Source: Macrostomum hystrix (Eukaryota > Animalia > Platyhelminthes). Taken from it: DNA of 64,000 nt. Each line of letters opens with the position of its first letter. Within the stretch, counting starts at the first letter, position 1. This document shows positions 34,027 to 47,115 of this stretch, one piece after another. A model generated the notes under the pieces. That model was not told the DNA's origin. It saw nothing but the letters and a program-made list of their open reading frames with translations, and ran no database searches. The DNA lies in the NCBI GenBank assembly GCA_950097015.1, contig CATNEN010000029.1, forward strand, positions 4,836,001-4,900,000, given 5' to 3'. The position numbers were made by a program, and so were the translations under genes.

Positions 34027-34682
34027 TCAACGAATGGATATAAGCACCTGCTTATGAACAAATATTTTGTCACTTTAGAATGCTCAGACTATGTACCACC
34101 CCTGTCAATAGTCAGTCGTTCTGGCCTGCTCAAGTATTCATAGGCCTCATTCTCTGGTCTTTAAAAGGCCCTCCAGGGAAATGAGAATAAGGTGAAACAG
34201 GGTGGAGTTAGAGCTGTAACTCAGCTCTAGAGTCCAATAACTCATGTTTTCTTCCTAGCTTCAGCAGCCAGGCTAGATTTAGTTAATCCACACAAGAATC
34301 GACTAAGTTCCGGAGTAAGGGATGGAGTTTAATAGCCATCTTGCGAGTAAGTGCCCTGTCCTTTTTTGGCAGGACAGGTGGTGCCTCCGCCTGTCTCTCT
34401 CTCCATCTATTTATCCATTATCCTTTTTTTGTACCCTGTGTCAGCAATGTGTGCAGAGGTGACCCACCTCACCAGGCTGTGTAGTCGACTGCCTGCTTGC
34501 ATTGCACTTCATCTCTGAGACAAACAGACAGGCAGGCAGGCTGAAGCCGCGGGGAATATGAAGACGTCGTCAGAAGGGGCTGACGTCAGTGAGGACATTA
34601 TAAACGGGGAATAACTGCCTAATAGTCTTGGCCTCGCGTGGTGCCTAGAAACTGTCTCTCATTATTATTGCTCTGCACGCAG

Positions 34683-34808
34683 GCGAAAAAACAGCGTTAA
34701 TTACGCCTACGGCAGCTCGGCCGCGATTCCCCAGGAATTGGACAGCTTCTCATGCTCCGAGACGCCAAGCTGGATGGACTGCTCAACCATGGAGCCGTAC
34801 CAGCGCAG
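34683..34808 (+). CDS. CBARP: CBARP-like gene, predicted exon 2 (126 nt, phase 2-2)
   Basis: gcacgcAG| open frame RKNSVNYAYGSSAAIPQELDSFSCSETPSWMDCSTMEPYQR |GTGAGC. Phases match both neighbouring exons. Confidence 0.65.
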
Positions 34809-34863
34809 GTGAGCTCTGCGAATGCTTGAGTAGACCTGTCTTCTGGGCAATGCAGCTATTCAG

Positions 34864-35703
34864 AAGGAATACAGGTAGTGAAAAATGCAGGTAGGAAGGA
34901 TTACAGGTAGTGAGAAATGCAGGTAGGAAGGAATACAGGTAGTGTAATATGCAGGTATGAAGGATTACAGGTAGTGTAATACGCAGGTAAAAAGGAATAG
35001 AGGTAGTGAGAAATGCAGGTAGGAAGGAATACAGGTAGTGTAATATGCAGGTAGGAAGGATTAAAGGTAGTGTAATCTGCAGGTAGGAAGGAATACAGGT
35101 AGTGTAATATGCAGGTAGGAAGGAGTACAGGTAGTGTAATATGCAGGTATGAAGGAATACAGGTAGTGAGAAATGCAGGTAGGAAGGAATACAGGTAGTG
35201 TAATATGCAGGTAGGAAGGATTACAGGTAGTGTATTATTCAGGTAGGAAGGAATACAGGTAGTGTAATATGCAGGTAGGAAGGATTACAGGTAGTGTAAT
35301 ATGCAGGTATGAAGGAATACAGGTAGTGAGAAATGCAGGTAGGAAGGAATACAGGTAGTGTAATATGCAGGTAGGAAGGATTACAGGTAGTGTATTATTC
35401 AGGTAGGAAGGAATACAGGTAGTGTAATATGCAGGTAGGAAGGATTACAGGTAGTGTAATATGCAGTTAGGACGGAATATAGGCAGTGAGAAATGCAGGT
35501 AGGAAGGATTACAGGTAGTGAGAAATGCAGGTAGGAAGGAATACAGGTAGTGAAATATGCAGGTAGGAAGGATTACAGGTAGTGTAATATGCAGGTATGA
35601 AGGAATACAGGTAGTCAGAAATGCAGGTATGAAGGAATGCAGGTAGTGAGAAATACAGGTATGAAGGAATGCAGATAGTGTAATATGCAGGTAGGAAGGA
35701 TTA
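34864..35703. repeat. 32-bp minisatellite (~26 copies), resuming at 42576-42660 after the LTR element
   Basis: Unit ATACAGGTAGTGTAATATGCAGGTAGGAAGGA with variants. The same unit restarts at 42576. Confidence 0.95.
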
Positions 35704-38700
35704 TGTTGTGATTTACACACAAATTTAAGAGAGGCTTGAACAATGCTTGGTTGTTGGTGCGATTAGAACACTTGAGAGGCGGACCGAGAGACCGTGCGGG
35801 CCAAGATATATAGTCAGAAGTCGCATAACCATGTTTATTGATTTTATTTCATTATGGCGAGATAACAATGCGGGGGGGGGGCTGAGCGTACATTGCGGAG
35901 AGAAAGATAAGAGACGAGCAGATCGAGAGGGGTGGCGTACACGGGGGTGAGGCGTAGCAATTAGAGATAAAGTGGGCAGGCAGCGAAGATAATGCATGAG
36001 TGCAGGCGCACTTCATGATAATTTAGCGACACTCCCCGAAAAAAACGAATAGATGACAGGTGACAGGTAAGCGAGTAGTTACTCGTAAGTCGCGCGAATG
36101 AAGGAAAGGCAATAACTTTAACAGTATACCATCCTCCCCCGAAAAAATACCAAAATTGACGATAATGAATTGGAAAATAAACTTTCGAGACCGTATCGAC
36201 ATTGAACATTCTTAGAGTGCAAAAGTTGAGATAATGATGAAAAAAAATTTATGTTGTGAATTTCGAAATTATTTTATAATTGAGATAATTGTAAATCGTG
36301 AAGTAGTGAACGCGAATAGCATTAAACTGTTGCAATTTATAATCGAAAAAAAGCGAAAAAAAAACTCAGGTGAGATCACTCAGAGAATGATCTTATGCGT
36401 CTTATGCGCTCTGCCCCTCGGGAATCGGCAATCCGGGCAAGGCGAACCAATGCCGATCGACACACACCATCGCGACCACGAGACAACGACTCAAGGACAC
36501 CTAGCTTCCACTTCAGCCGAGACTGGTGACGTTCACCTTCGACTAGCACCACTTTGCCGAACACCGGTTCGCGAGAACCCTTGCAGACGGTTGCAGATCG
36601 CTCTCTTAACGCTGTAGCGTAGACGTCTCTCCAGACTTTCCAGAAGTGACTCAGAGCCGCGCGATGCAAGCTTAAACGTTTAGGGAGTGGCAGTACGACT
36701 TCATTCGGTGAATCAGGTTCTTTTGTGAGTCTTCGAAGAGTCAGAAAATGCGACGGAGTAATTATTTCATCAATGTCGTCTGATGGGACATACAGCAGAG
36801 GACGGCTGTTAATGATCGCTTCGACTTCAATGATCACAGTTGACAGCTGGTCCAATGTTAACAGTGAGCGATTAAGTGTTTTTCAAAGCACGAGCCTGAC
36901 GGATTTGACCAAGCGCTCCCAGAAGCCACCCCACTAAGGAGCTTTGGCAGGGATGAAGGACCAAGATATGCCTCTGGAATTGCAGAAGTTTTTTATCTCG
37001 CCGTTGACACGGATGTCGAGGAGCTTAGCTGCGGAAGAGAAAGTTCGAGCGTTGTCACTGATTATCGAAGGGAGACCTCTCCTGGCAACGAAGCGGCGCA
37101 GACCGTTGATAAACTGAGGCGTCGTCATGTCAGAGAGAGTCTCTAAATGTATGGCTCGGGTTGAGGAGCAGGTGAACAACAGCATGTATGCCTTCAGTCC
37201 TTCTTGAGCATTATGCTTGCGATAATACAGTGGTCCTACAAGATTGAGGCCGACAGTCTGAAACGCATGGATGTCAGACAGACGATAGCCAGGTAGAGGC
37301 GGAGTCTTGGCCACGGAAAAGGGAAGACCTTGGACTTTCTTGCAGATGACGCAGTGCTTTAGTTCCTGTTTCACACGCTGACGACCTTTTAATACCCAGT
37401 ACTTTTCTCGGATGTTACTGAGTGTGTCTCCAACTCCACCATGGCAAACAGCTTCGTGACAGTTAGCAATGATCAGCTGTTCGATTTGAGTATGACGCGG
37501 TAATAGAATTGGATTGTTAGTCTCGAAATGAAAGGCGGTGGACAGGCGACCTCTGCAGCGAAGGAGGCCATAATCGTCCAAGAAGAGGTTCAAATTTCGA
37601 TTGACCGATGTAGCTGTAGTCTGTTGACGTAAGTGTTCGATTTCTGAAGAAAAGTTCCTTCGCTGACTACTCAGAAGCCAGATACGTTCGGAATCACGCC
37701 ACTCATTTGCTGTGATCGATGGTAGCATGCAACTTTCCTCTTGATTGAGTGAAGTGCGGAAATTGCTGATAAACCGTCGAACCCAGGCTGAAACTCGAAT
37801 CAACTTCTTCCAACTCGAAAACTGAGATGGATCAATAACTGCTTCAATAGATAATAATGATGTGTCAGTCGTATTTGGATGTTCTGCTGTTGACGAGACG
37901 AATAATTGAGGGCTGACATCAGGTGCAACGCAAGTGACAGCAAGGGACAGCTCCTTTTTCTGTCGTTCCAGTATCTTTGGTAGATCAACAGAAGTCAGAA
38001 ATTCTGGTCCTCGAAGCCATTTGTCATCACTTTGAAGTTTCTCGGGCAGACATCCTCGTGACGGCAAATCGGCCGGATTGTCATCGCCTGCAACGTGATG
38101 CCACTCAGACGGTGATGAAAGTCGTCGGATCTCACTGACCCTATTTTGCACAAAGAGCTTCCTTTGCTTGTTCTCATTCCTGATCCAGTGTAGCGTGTTC
38201 ATGCTGTCTGTTCAAAAGTGTCTACAGACGTTAGGATACTGCTGAGATACGTGGCCGATCAGGCGACACAAAATCAGAGCCCCTAGAAGTTGCAGTTTGG
38301 AGATTGACAGTGCCGATATTGGTGCTACGCGAGTCTTAGATAGTAAGAGTCTGGAGGAGGTTTTGTCCTCCGAGTAGAAAGCTACTGTGTAGATACAAGC
38401 AGCAAACGCTTTCTCACTGGCGTCACAGAACCCATGAAGCTCAATGCGAAGCGGACTCTGAGACGGTAAAAATAAGTAGCGAGGGACTTCTATAGGTAGA
38501 ATGATGCGAGGGAGCGGAGCCATTGTGTCCACACTTCCTGAAAGTCAATCGGAATAGTTTCATCCCAGGAGACTTTCCTAATTTGCAGCTGTTGCAGTAG
38601 GGACTTAACGACAGTCATAGCTGGCGAGATGAAGCCGAGAGGATCGTAGAGTTTCGCTAAGAAAGCGAGCATGGAGCGTTTGGATGTTGCAACGCGTAGT

Positions 38701-41700
38701 GTGGCTTCAGCACAACGTCGAAAATAGAGTAGAAGCATGTCTCTTTTGGAGTCCCACGTCAGACCAAGCACCTTCTCAGCATGACCGACACCGTCTGGTG
38801 GCAGGATGGATAGGAAATCTTCAGAGTTAGATTGCTATTGTCTAATATTCATACCGGCCAGTCGAAACAGCTCTTGAGCATCGTGGTAGAGAGTAGTAGC
38901 AGCCTTTACAGTGTCGCAGCTTGTTACGAGATTATCGACGTACATGTCGCGAGAGAGAATTTCAGCGCTTTCGACGAAGGCGGCTTGGTGATTCTTGAGA
39001 TGTTGAAGGATGGTGACCTTCAAAAGAGCTGGCGAGCAGGTCAATCCGAATGGGACTCTGCAGAAACGGTAGTGAATCAGCTGATTGTGATTTGGTTCCG
39101 AATCCCTTGACTGGACCCACAGGAAGCGCAAGAAGTCGCGATCTTCAAGTTCGATTCCGACTTGGAGAAAAGCCTTCTCGATATCGGCCAGGATTGCAAT
39201 CGGATGCCACTGGAATCGGATTAATAGAGCTGTAATCTGGGGAACTCTGTTGGTCCCACTTGCAGAAGATCGTTAATGGACAGATCATCTTTGTGCAGCT
39301 TGGCGGATCCATCGTAGACAACTCGGAGTTTTGTGAATTCACTGTTCGACTTCACGACGTAAGAATGCGGCAGGTAATGGACCGAAGTCAATGGTTTGCA
39401 TAAGTCGTCAGACGGAACTCTCTCAATGATGCCGGCCTGTTCCTGCTCCTCAATGATGTCCCTGTACTTCTTCAGGTGCTCAGGAGACTTATTCAAACGT
39501 TGCATTGTCGAGCGAAGGCGACGCAAGGCGAGATCGAAGTGATTATCGAGAGAACGAGTGACTTCTAGCTGCTTCCAAGGTAGCTTAACAGAATACCTAG
39601 ATTCGAATAGTCGAGGAGCGCAATCAAACGAGCTTTCCTCTGGCTTTGTGTGTGGATCCGTGATTCCTAGAGTTTCTAGCTTCCAGAAGCTTGTTTCTTC
39701 TTCTTCATCTTCCGTTTCCTCTCGGACTGAGCAGCATAATGTTTGAACTGCTGTGCAAGCAGCGTTGTCTGATTGATCATATTCTTTGGTCAGGCAGTCG
39801 ACAGTCAGTGGTCCACACAAAACGAAGCCGAGTTTCGTTTCCATAGCTACTGGACCGGAGGCACCACGGACTACATTGCCTGTGACGATTCGATAATATT
39901 GATCGGATCCGACGAGGATGGAAATTGGCGTTGTAGCGTCACGTGGATCATAGGTGTCAGCAAGATCTAAGCCACCGAGATGTTCGTAACTGGTAACCAT
40001 GACCGAACGTTGTGGCTGGCAGATATCTTTGACGATGCTGGCGTCGAGTCGGATTACTTAAGGTGAGTCAATTTTTCGAAGAGTCAGCGTGACTTTGCCC
40101 GAGTCGACCACTGAGGTGAGGCCTGAGAAGGCTGATATCTGAAGTCGTTCGGAGTTCGTCGACTGGAGGCCGAGAAGCTGGCAAACATCTTCGCGGATAT
40201 AGGTTCGATTGCTACCAGCAACACGCGTGCCATCAACTCGCGATCACCTCCGGAGCTTAGCAGAATGACCTTTGCGACAGGCAATACGACAGTTGGATTG
40301 CGCATAATGAACATTGGAAGAACTGCCTGTTGCTGCTGATGACTAATCAGATTGGAGTCAGTTCGAGTTAGACACGTAGTACTGTGAGTTGTTTCATCTA
40401 TGGTTGTGATGTTTGGGTGGTCCTTGTGAGGACCATCCAGCGAAGAAGGCTGAGAAGAGACAGTCAAACATCGGTCCTTTCGTGAGAGAACTTGAGGAGG
40501 ATTCTTAGACTTTGTGATTGGACCGACCTTTGTGTTCGACTGATCAGTGGTAGCTGTACAAATGCTAGAGTGATGATTGCCAGAGCAGCAGCGGCGATCG
40601 CTACACGCCTTTGATAAGTTTCCGGTTCGAAGACACTTGAAGCAACGATCGGTTTTCTTTAAGAAGTTCATTTTAGAAGCCACAGAGGCCATTGCTGGGC
40701 ATTTTTCAGAAATATGGGTGGAACCACAGTACGTACAGAACACTTTTATGGAGGCCGCTGGTCGAAAATCTGTCAGTATTTGACGTGAAGGTAAGGCTGT
40801 GGTCTTGTCTGAGATCAGAGTAGATGCAGAAGCGAGCTTAGGAATCGTTGAGGCGTTTGCTCCCTTTTCGAAGTCTCGAGAGCGGAGCTTCTGCGATGCA
40901 GTCATACCAGCTGCTTCTCGAAGGTTAATCTCGTTTTGTAGGCACCCTAGTAGAGCCTCAATGGAATCAATCTCATTGCCCGCCAAGTTGGCTGAGCGGT
41001 GCAGTTCGAGTCGAAGTTCAGCTGGGCAGCGACGCAGCAGGGATGGAAGCAGCAGAGCCTAATACGACGATGAAGAGACACCTTGGTTACTAAGATTTTG
41101 AGTGAGCGCAGCTACATCATCGTGAAAGCGCTGCAACCCAATCAATGTGGTGTCAACGAGTTGGAGGTCGGACAATTGCGTCATTAGGTCACGAATAATA
41201 ATCTCGGGCTTGCCATAGCGATCCTTAAGAGTACTTACTGCGGCACGATAATTTGACGAAGTAACGGAGAATCCTCGGATGCAAGAGCGAGCTGAATCCG
41301 AAAGACAATCTAGCAGGTAATTAAATTTTATCTATGTCAGACAGCGAGCTATTCGAATCGATCGAGGATGAAAACTGATCCCAGAATGTTTGCCAGGTTG
41401 CGACAGTACCATGAAAGGTCGGGATCTGACGCTTTGACAGCTGGATGTTGGGCTCAGTTAACTCTTTCCTAGAGCTGGACTGGTCCGCGTATCGAGGTGA
41501 GATTTCGAGGAAAACCCTTCTAACAATTTGATTGTCTGCCGACATTTGAGAGAGTATTCTTGAATCGAATCTTGCTCTTCATCCAACGTCTCGTCTGGAA
41601 TTCCAAATTCTAACTCCTCATCCATCTTTTCCAGCTGATTCATCTTGGCCTTTAAAATCTCCAACAGTGAGTCCGCTTCAGCTTAATGTCTTAGCCGTCG

Positions 41701-42575
41701 GTTTTCCACTCTTATCTAGAAGAGCTTCTGCCTTGCCGATTGCCTTCGTAATACTCGAACGAACAACAGCCCTTCGCCGAACTAGCTCAGAAATCTCCTC
41801 CTTGGACAACGGCATGATGAAGCAACTCAAACGAGCTCGACCCTAGATGACCGAGAATCGAAGGACAGAGCGCAGTCACACCCGGGATAAGCCAAGACCC
41901 GAGAGAAAATAGTCAACCAAAAAAGGGAGGAAGATGGTACAATGGTACAATGAGCAAAAAAATCACGAGTTGCTTTAAAATTGAACAGGAACTGAAAAAA
42001 TCGTAGGGACAAGTCAGACAAGCTCACTGTACAATCGACAGTCTGATGATGTAGTCCGGGAAGTACTGAAGTGTCCTAAGATCAGGAGCGAAACTGCCAC
42101 GATAAGACCGCGAGAGACTGACGAAACCGCGGCGAGACAAGCGAGACGAGACCGCGACGAGACAAAGCCGAGATGACGAGACCGCGACGAGACAGAGCCG
42201 AGATGATGAGACCGCGACGAGACGAGAGAAACAACGTCTTAATTTAGATTGGGCGCCATGTTGTGATTTACACGCAAATTTAAGAGAGGCTTGAACAATG
42301 CTTGGTTGTTGAACACTTTAGAGGCGGACCGAGAGACCGTGCGGGCCAAGATATATATTCAGAAGTCGCGTAACCATGTTTATTGATTTTATTTCATTAT
42401 AGCGAGATAACAATGCGGGGGGCTGAGCGTACATTGCGGAGAGAAAGATAAGAGACGAGCAGATCGAGAGCGTACACGGGGGGTGAGGCGTAGCAATTAG
42501 AGATAAAGTGGGCAGGCAGCGAAGATAATGCATGAGGGGGCCAGTGCAGGCGCACTTCATGATAATTTAGCGACA
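35704..42575 (-). mobile_element. Full-length but decayed BEL/Pao LTR retrotransposon, antisense in CBARP intron 2
   Basis: TG...CA LTRs at 35704-36031 and 42259-42575. PBS TGGCGCCCAA (42258-42249) resembles the 3' end of tRNA-Lys. Short PPT GGGGAG at 36037-36032. Gag-PR-RT-RH-IN fragments lie inside. Confidence 0.93.
36376..41815 (-). pseudogene. BEL/Pao gag-pol polyprotein, disrupted by many stops and frameshifts
   Basis: Gag from ATG 41815 (FHGTVATWQTFWDQF; CFKCLRTGN..KAC). Protease region ILVGSDQYY. RT: KLRVVYDGS, RVPFGLTCSP, MYVDN. RNase H: ELHGFCDASEKAF. Integrase: CHEAVCHGG..CVIC, ISDNA, INSRPL. Confidence 0.9.
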
Positions 42576-43700
42576 CAGGTAGTGTAATATGAAGGTAGGA
42601 AGGATTACAGGTAGTGTAATATGCAGGTAGGAAGGAATGCAGGCAGGAAGGAATGCAGGATGAGATATGCAGATTGGGATAATATCGATGCAGACGTCAG
42701 TTTTTTACTTTGGGCCAAAAGGGCAATCCCAATATAAAGCAAGAATAAAATTTCATCTTAGGAAATCTCACATAGAATTTTGTTTACTTATTACAGCTGA
42801 ACACAATGCTGCAGTGCCTATATCCCAGTGGGAATATTACTCGTATCATGCAGGTGAAAGCGAGTTTCAGTCCAGGACTGGCCATTGATAATTAAAAATT
42901 ACAGTCAACGCAAGGCTATCTGTCTGTCATTAACCGGGCATTCTGGCTTCTACTTTCACTGTTCCATGTGGCTCTCATATCCTTTCTCAATTCCAGCCTT
43001 TCAACCTTATCAAAGGTAAAAGAGACGGGTGTCCGTTTCTAATTACTAGTCTAATTTATTCCCTAATGTGACTCTACTGTTAGAAAAAGGGCAATGAGCC
43101 GTGAAAATAATTCGTATTTTCCATATGAAGAATCAACGATAGTAGATGTGCCCAGTTCATACAAAAATCGAGTAAAACGGCATTGAATGGTCGTTATGAG
43201 TACATTTTAGCTACTAATGCCACTATTGAGGCACGAAAAAAGGCATGGATATAAAACAATAGTTGAAATAGAGAATAAGGTAGAGCGAGAGAGAATAGGG
43301 CCTCGCCTCGCGCTCGAGAGGGCGATAAATGAGAGGGCGAAACCCTTTGTGAAGGGCTAGCTGGGAAAAATATATAGTGTCGCCGTCTGTCTATGCCGTC
43401 TGCTTTTTAGCAGGCTTCAGGTTCACTGAACACGCGCTGAGGATCCCGCAGGATAAAATCTTTTGTTCAGTTAAAGAGTCTGAAAGAAATTTCGCGCTAG
43501 AATGGATGGCCTGCTTCATAAGAAATGAGCATGGAAAATTGACTCGGCTGCAGCACAAATCTTCATCAAGTCAATCCGGCCCCTTTCTAGGGCTACCGCC
43601 TGCGGCTCTAACCACAGGCTGATGTGGCTATGTTGGCTGCTCTCAGTAGAAACAAATCGCTGTGAATTCAGAATGCGTAGAGGGGACGAGGAGACGAGGT

Positions 43701-44160
43701 ATGAGGTGGCTGGATGAAGGGGATGTGCTCAAAGCGTGAGGTGGCTGGAAAAAGGGGTTGGGGCAGGGCGTGAGGTGGCTGGAAAAAGGGGTTGGGGCAG
43801 GGCGTGAGGTGGCTGGAAAAAGGGGTTGGGGCAGGGCGTGAGGTGGCTGGAAAAAGGGGTTGGGGCAGGGCGTGAGGTGGCTGGAAAAAGGGGTTGGGGC
43901 AGGGCGTGAGGTGGCTGGAAAAAGGGGTTGGGGCAAGGCGTGAGGTGGCTGAATGAAGGGGATGTGGGGTGAGGCGTGAGGTGGCTGGATCTATGGGATG
44001 TGGGGCATGGCGTGAGGTGGCTGGAAAAGGGGTTGGGGCAAGGCGTGAGGTGGCTGAATGAAGGGGATGTGGGGCATGGCGTGAGGTGGCTGGATGAAGG
44101 CGTTGGGACAAGGGTGGGGTTTTTGGATGAAGGGGTGTTGGGCAAGGCGTGAGGTGGCTT
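43701..44160. repeat. G-rich 34-bp minisatellite
   Basis: Unit GGGCGTGAGGTGGCTGGAAAAAGGGGTTGGGGCA, period 34 (43734, 43768, ...), degenerating at both ends. Confidence 0.93.
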
Positions 44161-45882
44161 GATAGCTATTGGATATTGAGTGTGACGATAAACAGATGTG
44201 TCGGGTTGGTCATAGTGCTCTATTATTTACTAATTTAGGCATTGTTTCTATTCCAGCTGTTTGGATAGGAGTAAGCGCCTAATTTTGAGGATGCATGCTT
44301 TCTATTAACAGTAGAAAGACCACAGGGTATTTCAAACATTTTTCAATTTTCTTTTCGAGCCATCAACCAATTGCCATGAAAATCCAGAACATGAGCTTAA
44401 ATCCGGTGAGACAACTTCCAGAATCACAAAACATCGGCATCTTCGAGAGATTTAACGGTTCTCTTCGGGGTTTCGGATGGCGAAAACCGCCAATCTAGAC
44501 ATTTTGGCAGATATGTCATTGGCAGTTGTCCTCTTGATATCCAGTTCAAGTGCGAGTTGTCTCCAGTCGCGTCCTTGTTGGAAGCGAGTTGTCTCCAGTC
44601 GCGTCCTTGTTGGAAACATCGCACGAGTCTAGAGAGATCCACAGACGAAATTCTCGTTTAGGGCATTTCCAATGACATTAAAAGATGAAAATTCAAGAAT
44701 CTGGGTTAGTTTTCCACAGACGAAATTCGCTCAATTTTTACTTAAATTTACCATTGCCACCATATATTTAGCCATAAACAAAGCACATATATTTTCTGAT
44801 TAGGCTGTATTTGAACCGACGAATTTCACTTAATCTGTCGAATTCGAACTCACTTTCTGAGCCAGCCGGCCGTAGACTACTGGGCAGCGGCTGCTGAGCT
44901 ACTGTATTAAATTTGCTAAGGCTGACGAATTTGAACTCACTTTTGACGAATTCGAAATTGAAAAGGTTTATTTTATTGATTATATTATATTTTTATGTTT
45001 TTATGTTTTTATGTTTTTATTTTTTTTATATTTTTATGCTGAGCATGCTAGTTGTCCTTGTCAACTAGGGTCTTTGAGAAGAATCGCTGAACATCTCGAC
45101 GATGCTGACGTCGGGTGGCTTTGAAAGTTAGCTCTTCGTAAAGGGCAAGAAAATTTAGATTAATATGTTGGACTTTCACGAAAATCGGTCATTCGGTTTG
45201 GGAGCTATCGTGAAGTCGGCAGTTGGTATTTGAAATCCCCAAATGGTCTTTCCCCAAGAGACCATTAATAGCGTTGAAATAGCAAAGTCCTTCTACCGTT
45301 AAAATAAGTTTTGAATAAAATCAATAAAAGCCACCCAGAGTCTTTATGAGCGCAAAATGCAGCCACTAGTTTGGAGAATTAGTGCAAGAGCTAGGAGAGT
45401 TTAAGTCGACTTACCCGAACATCGTGTTGACACTTGCCCAAACGACAGCCAAGCTTAATCCTAATTCAAACAGATTTCAATCCTTCGGGTTCCTCTCAAT
45501 CCTGCTTTAAAAAATCCCCAATTTCTTCTCTTTCTTCCTCATTTAAAGCTTCCCTCCCTCTGGCTAGACGCCTCTCTCCTTAATTAACAGGGGGGTCGCT
45601 GCAGAAGGGGCTGCAGATGCTGGCAGGCCCCGTGAGACGGAAGCGTCAATAAAACTCCGAATCCTGGAGCCGCCGTGGGAAGGATTAATTGCCGACGAAA
45701 ATCATTGCTTTTAGATTGGGGTTGTACTTTTACCATGCCTTGAACCTCCCTGTTCTAGTGACGGCATCAGTCCTTAAACAGTTGTGTCCTAAGAGTTGAT
45801 TTGGTTGGCCTTCGATAACAGTACAGTCAAATTGACAATTAACCATGCAACCTATGCTCCTTGTCACAAAATTCTTGCGCAG

Positions 45883-46124
45883 TCAATCACTAATTGAAGA
45901 AGAGGAATGCGGCCTGACTGACAGTCCGAATGAGGAAAGAAAAGCTGAGGGGAAGCAGCAGCAATTGTTGAATAACCAAGAGCAGCAGGAACTACAGCAC
46001 AAGCAGCAGCAGCAGCAGCAGCAGCAGCAGTCAGAAGATCTCGTTGCTAGCCTCAAAAACTCTGATTCGTTTAGGACATTCAGCAATCAGCAACAGCAGC
46101 AACAGCAGCAACCGTCTGATGGTG
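45883..46124 (+). CDS. CBARP: CBARP-like gene, predicted exon 3 (poly-Gln)
   Basis: cttgcgcAG| QSLIEEEECGLTDSP...QQQQ...PSDG |GTAAGT. Phase 2 in, phase 1 out. Confidence 0.6.
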
Positions 46125-47024
46125 GTAAGTCCCATTGCGCTAGCATGTAAACTATGGCAGTTTGTTTATCCAGTGACCCATTATATAATATAATAAGAAG
46201 ACTGAAACTTAGCACTCCGTTTATCACTCGGCACAATTATTTATTATGTTGACATTACTTAATAAGTATAGATTGTATATTATATTACTTTGAATAGAAG
46301 GCTTGTGGTTTGTCGCACAAAATAATAGTATCAACTGTCTCACGATGAGGAATTCAGGACGGATGTATAATCCAGAATGTGTGTTCATGTGTGCTCAAAA
46401 CCCTGTGCGTGTGTGCTCTCAGGGTTCATCGGAGGTCGACTGCCTAATTATGTGAATAACGATCCCATGAATCGTTCAGACGCTGTCGCACACTTTAAAG
46501 TGCCACCCAGCTCCAGGTTCTGTGAGTGTCGAATGCACTGGGATTGCAATCTATAAAATATACAGTTAATCCGCAGTTACCTAAATATAGTGATGCAACG
46601 CTGTGTTAAGCTTGCAATGGAAAAGCTAACATTGCTTGCCAGCGCTTTTCAGCATACATGTAATTAATTTCTAACTCAAACATAAATTTACTATTTGCAG
46701 GCTGCGACTCGCCACAATAGTACAGGGAGACATTTCAGTTGGGAGAGGGAGATCGACAGAAAGTTGAGGCGGAGAGAGATCAGAGAGTGAAGAGGTCGCA
46801 TCACGACGCGAGTGGTGCATTCAAGTGGTAACAGTGAAGACGTGGTGCTGCCGCATGCCTTTGGGTTTCCGCTGGGGTGTCATCAGCATATTTCGTTCAT
46901 AGATTAGTAATGCACACACCAGCCATCTGCCGCAGCAGAATCACCTGTTTGTGCTACCTTTATTTGTTGTATTACCTATCAACTTTGGCTTAATCTGTAA
47001 ACAAGGTAGCCTCGACTGACTACG

Positions 47025-47115
47025 CGCACCTGTGTGCGTGTGTGTTCAGGGCTAGCTGCGGGTCTACTGACACTAAATGATGTGCCAGTGGCCACATTAA
47101 TAGCCCTCCTGCGAA
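47025..47115 (+). mobile_element. 3' fragment of SINE family A
   Basis: ctgtgtgcgtgtgtg.tcagg...gctgcgggtcta.tg.cac.aaatgatgt.cca...agccctcctgc matches 24715-24818. Confidence 0.65.

Noticed and set aside
42040-42115. Hammerhead-like CTGATGA...GAAA in the BEL leader
   Set aside because: Stems I and II cannot be formed around the core motifs.
46701-46830. Possible extra CBARP exon after tttgcAG
   Set aside because: In the phase required by exon 3 it hits TAG after six codons. It could be an alternative terminal exon, but nothing supports that.
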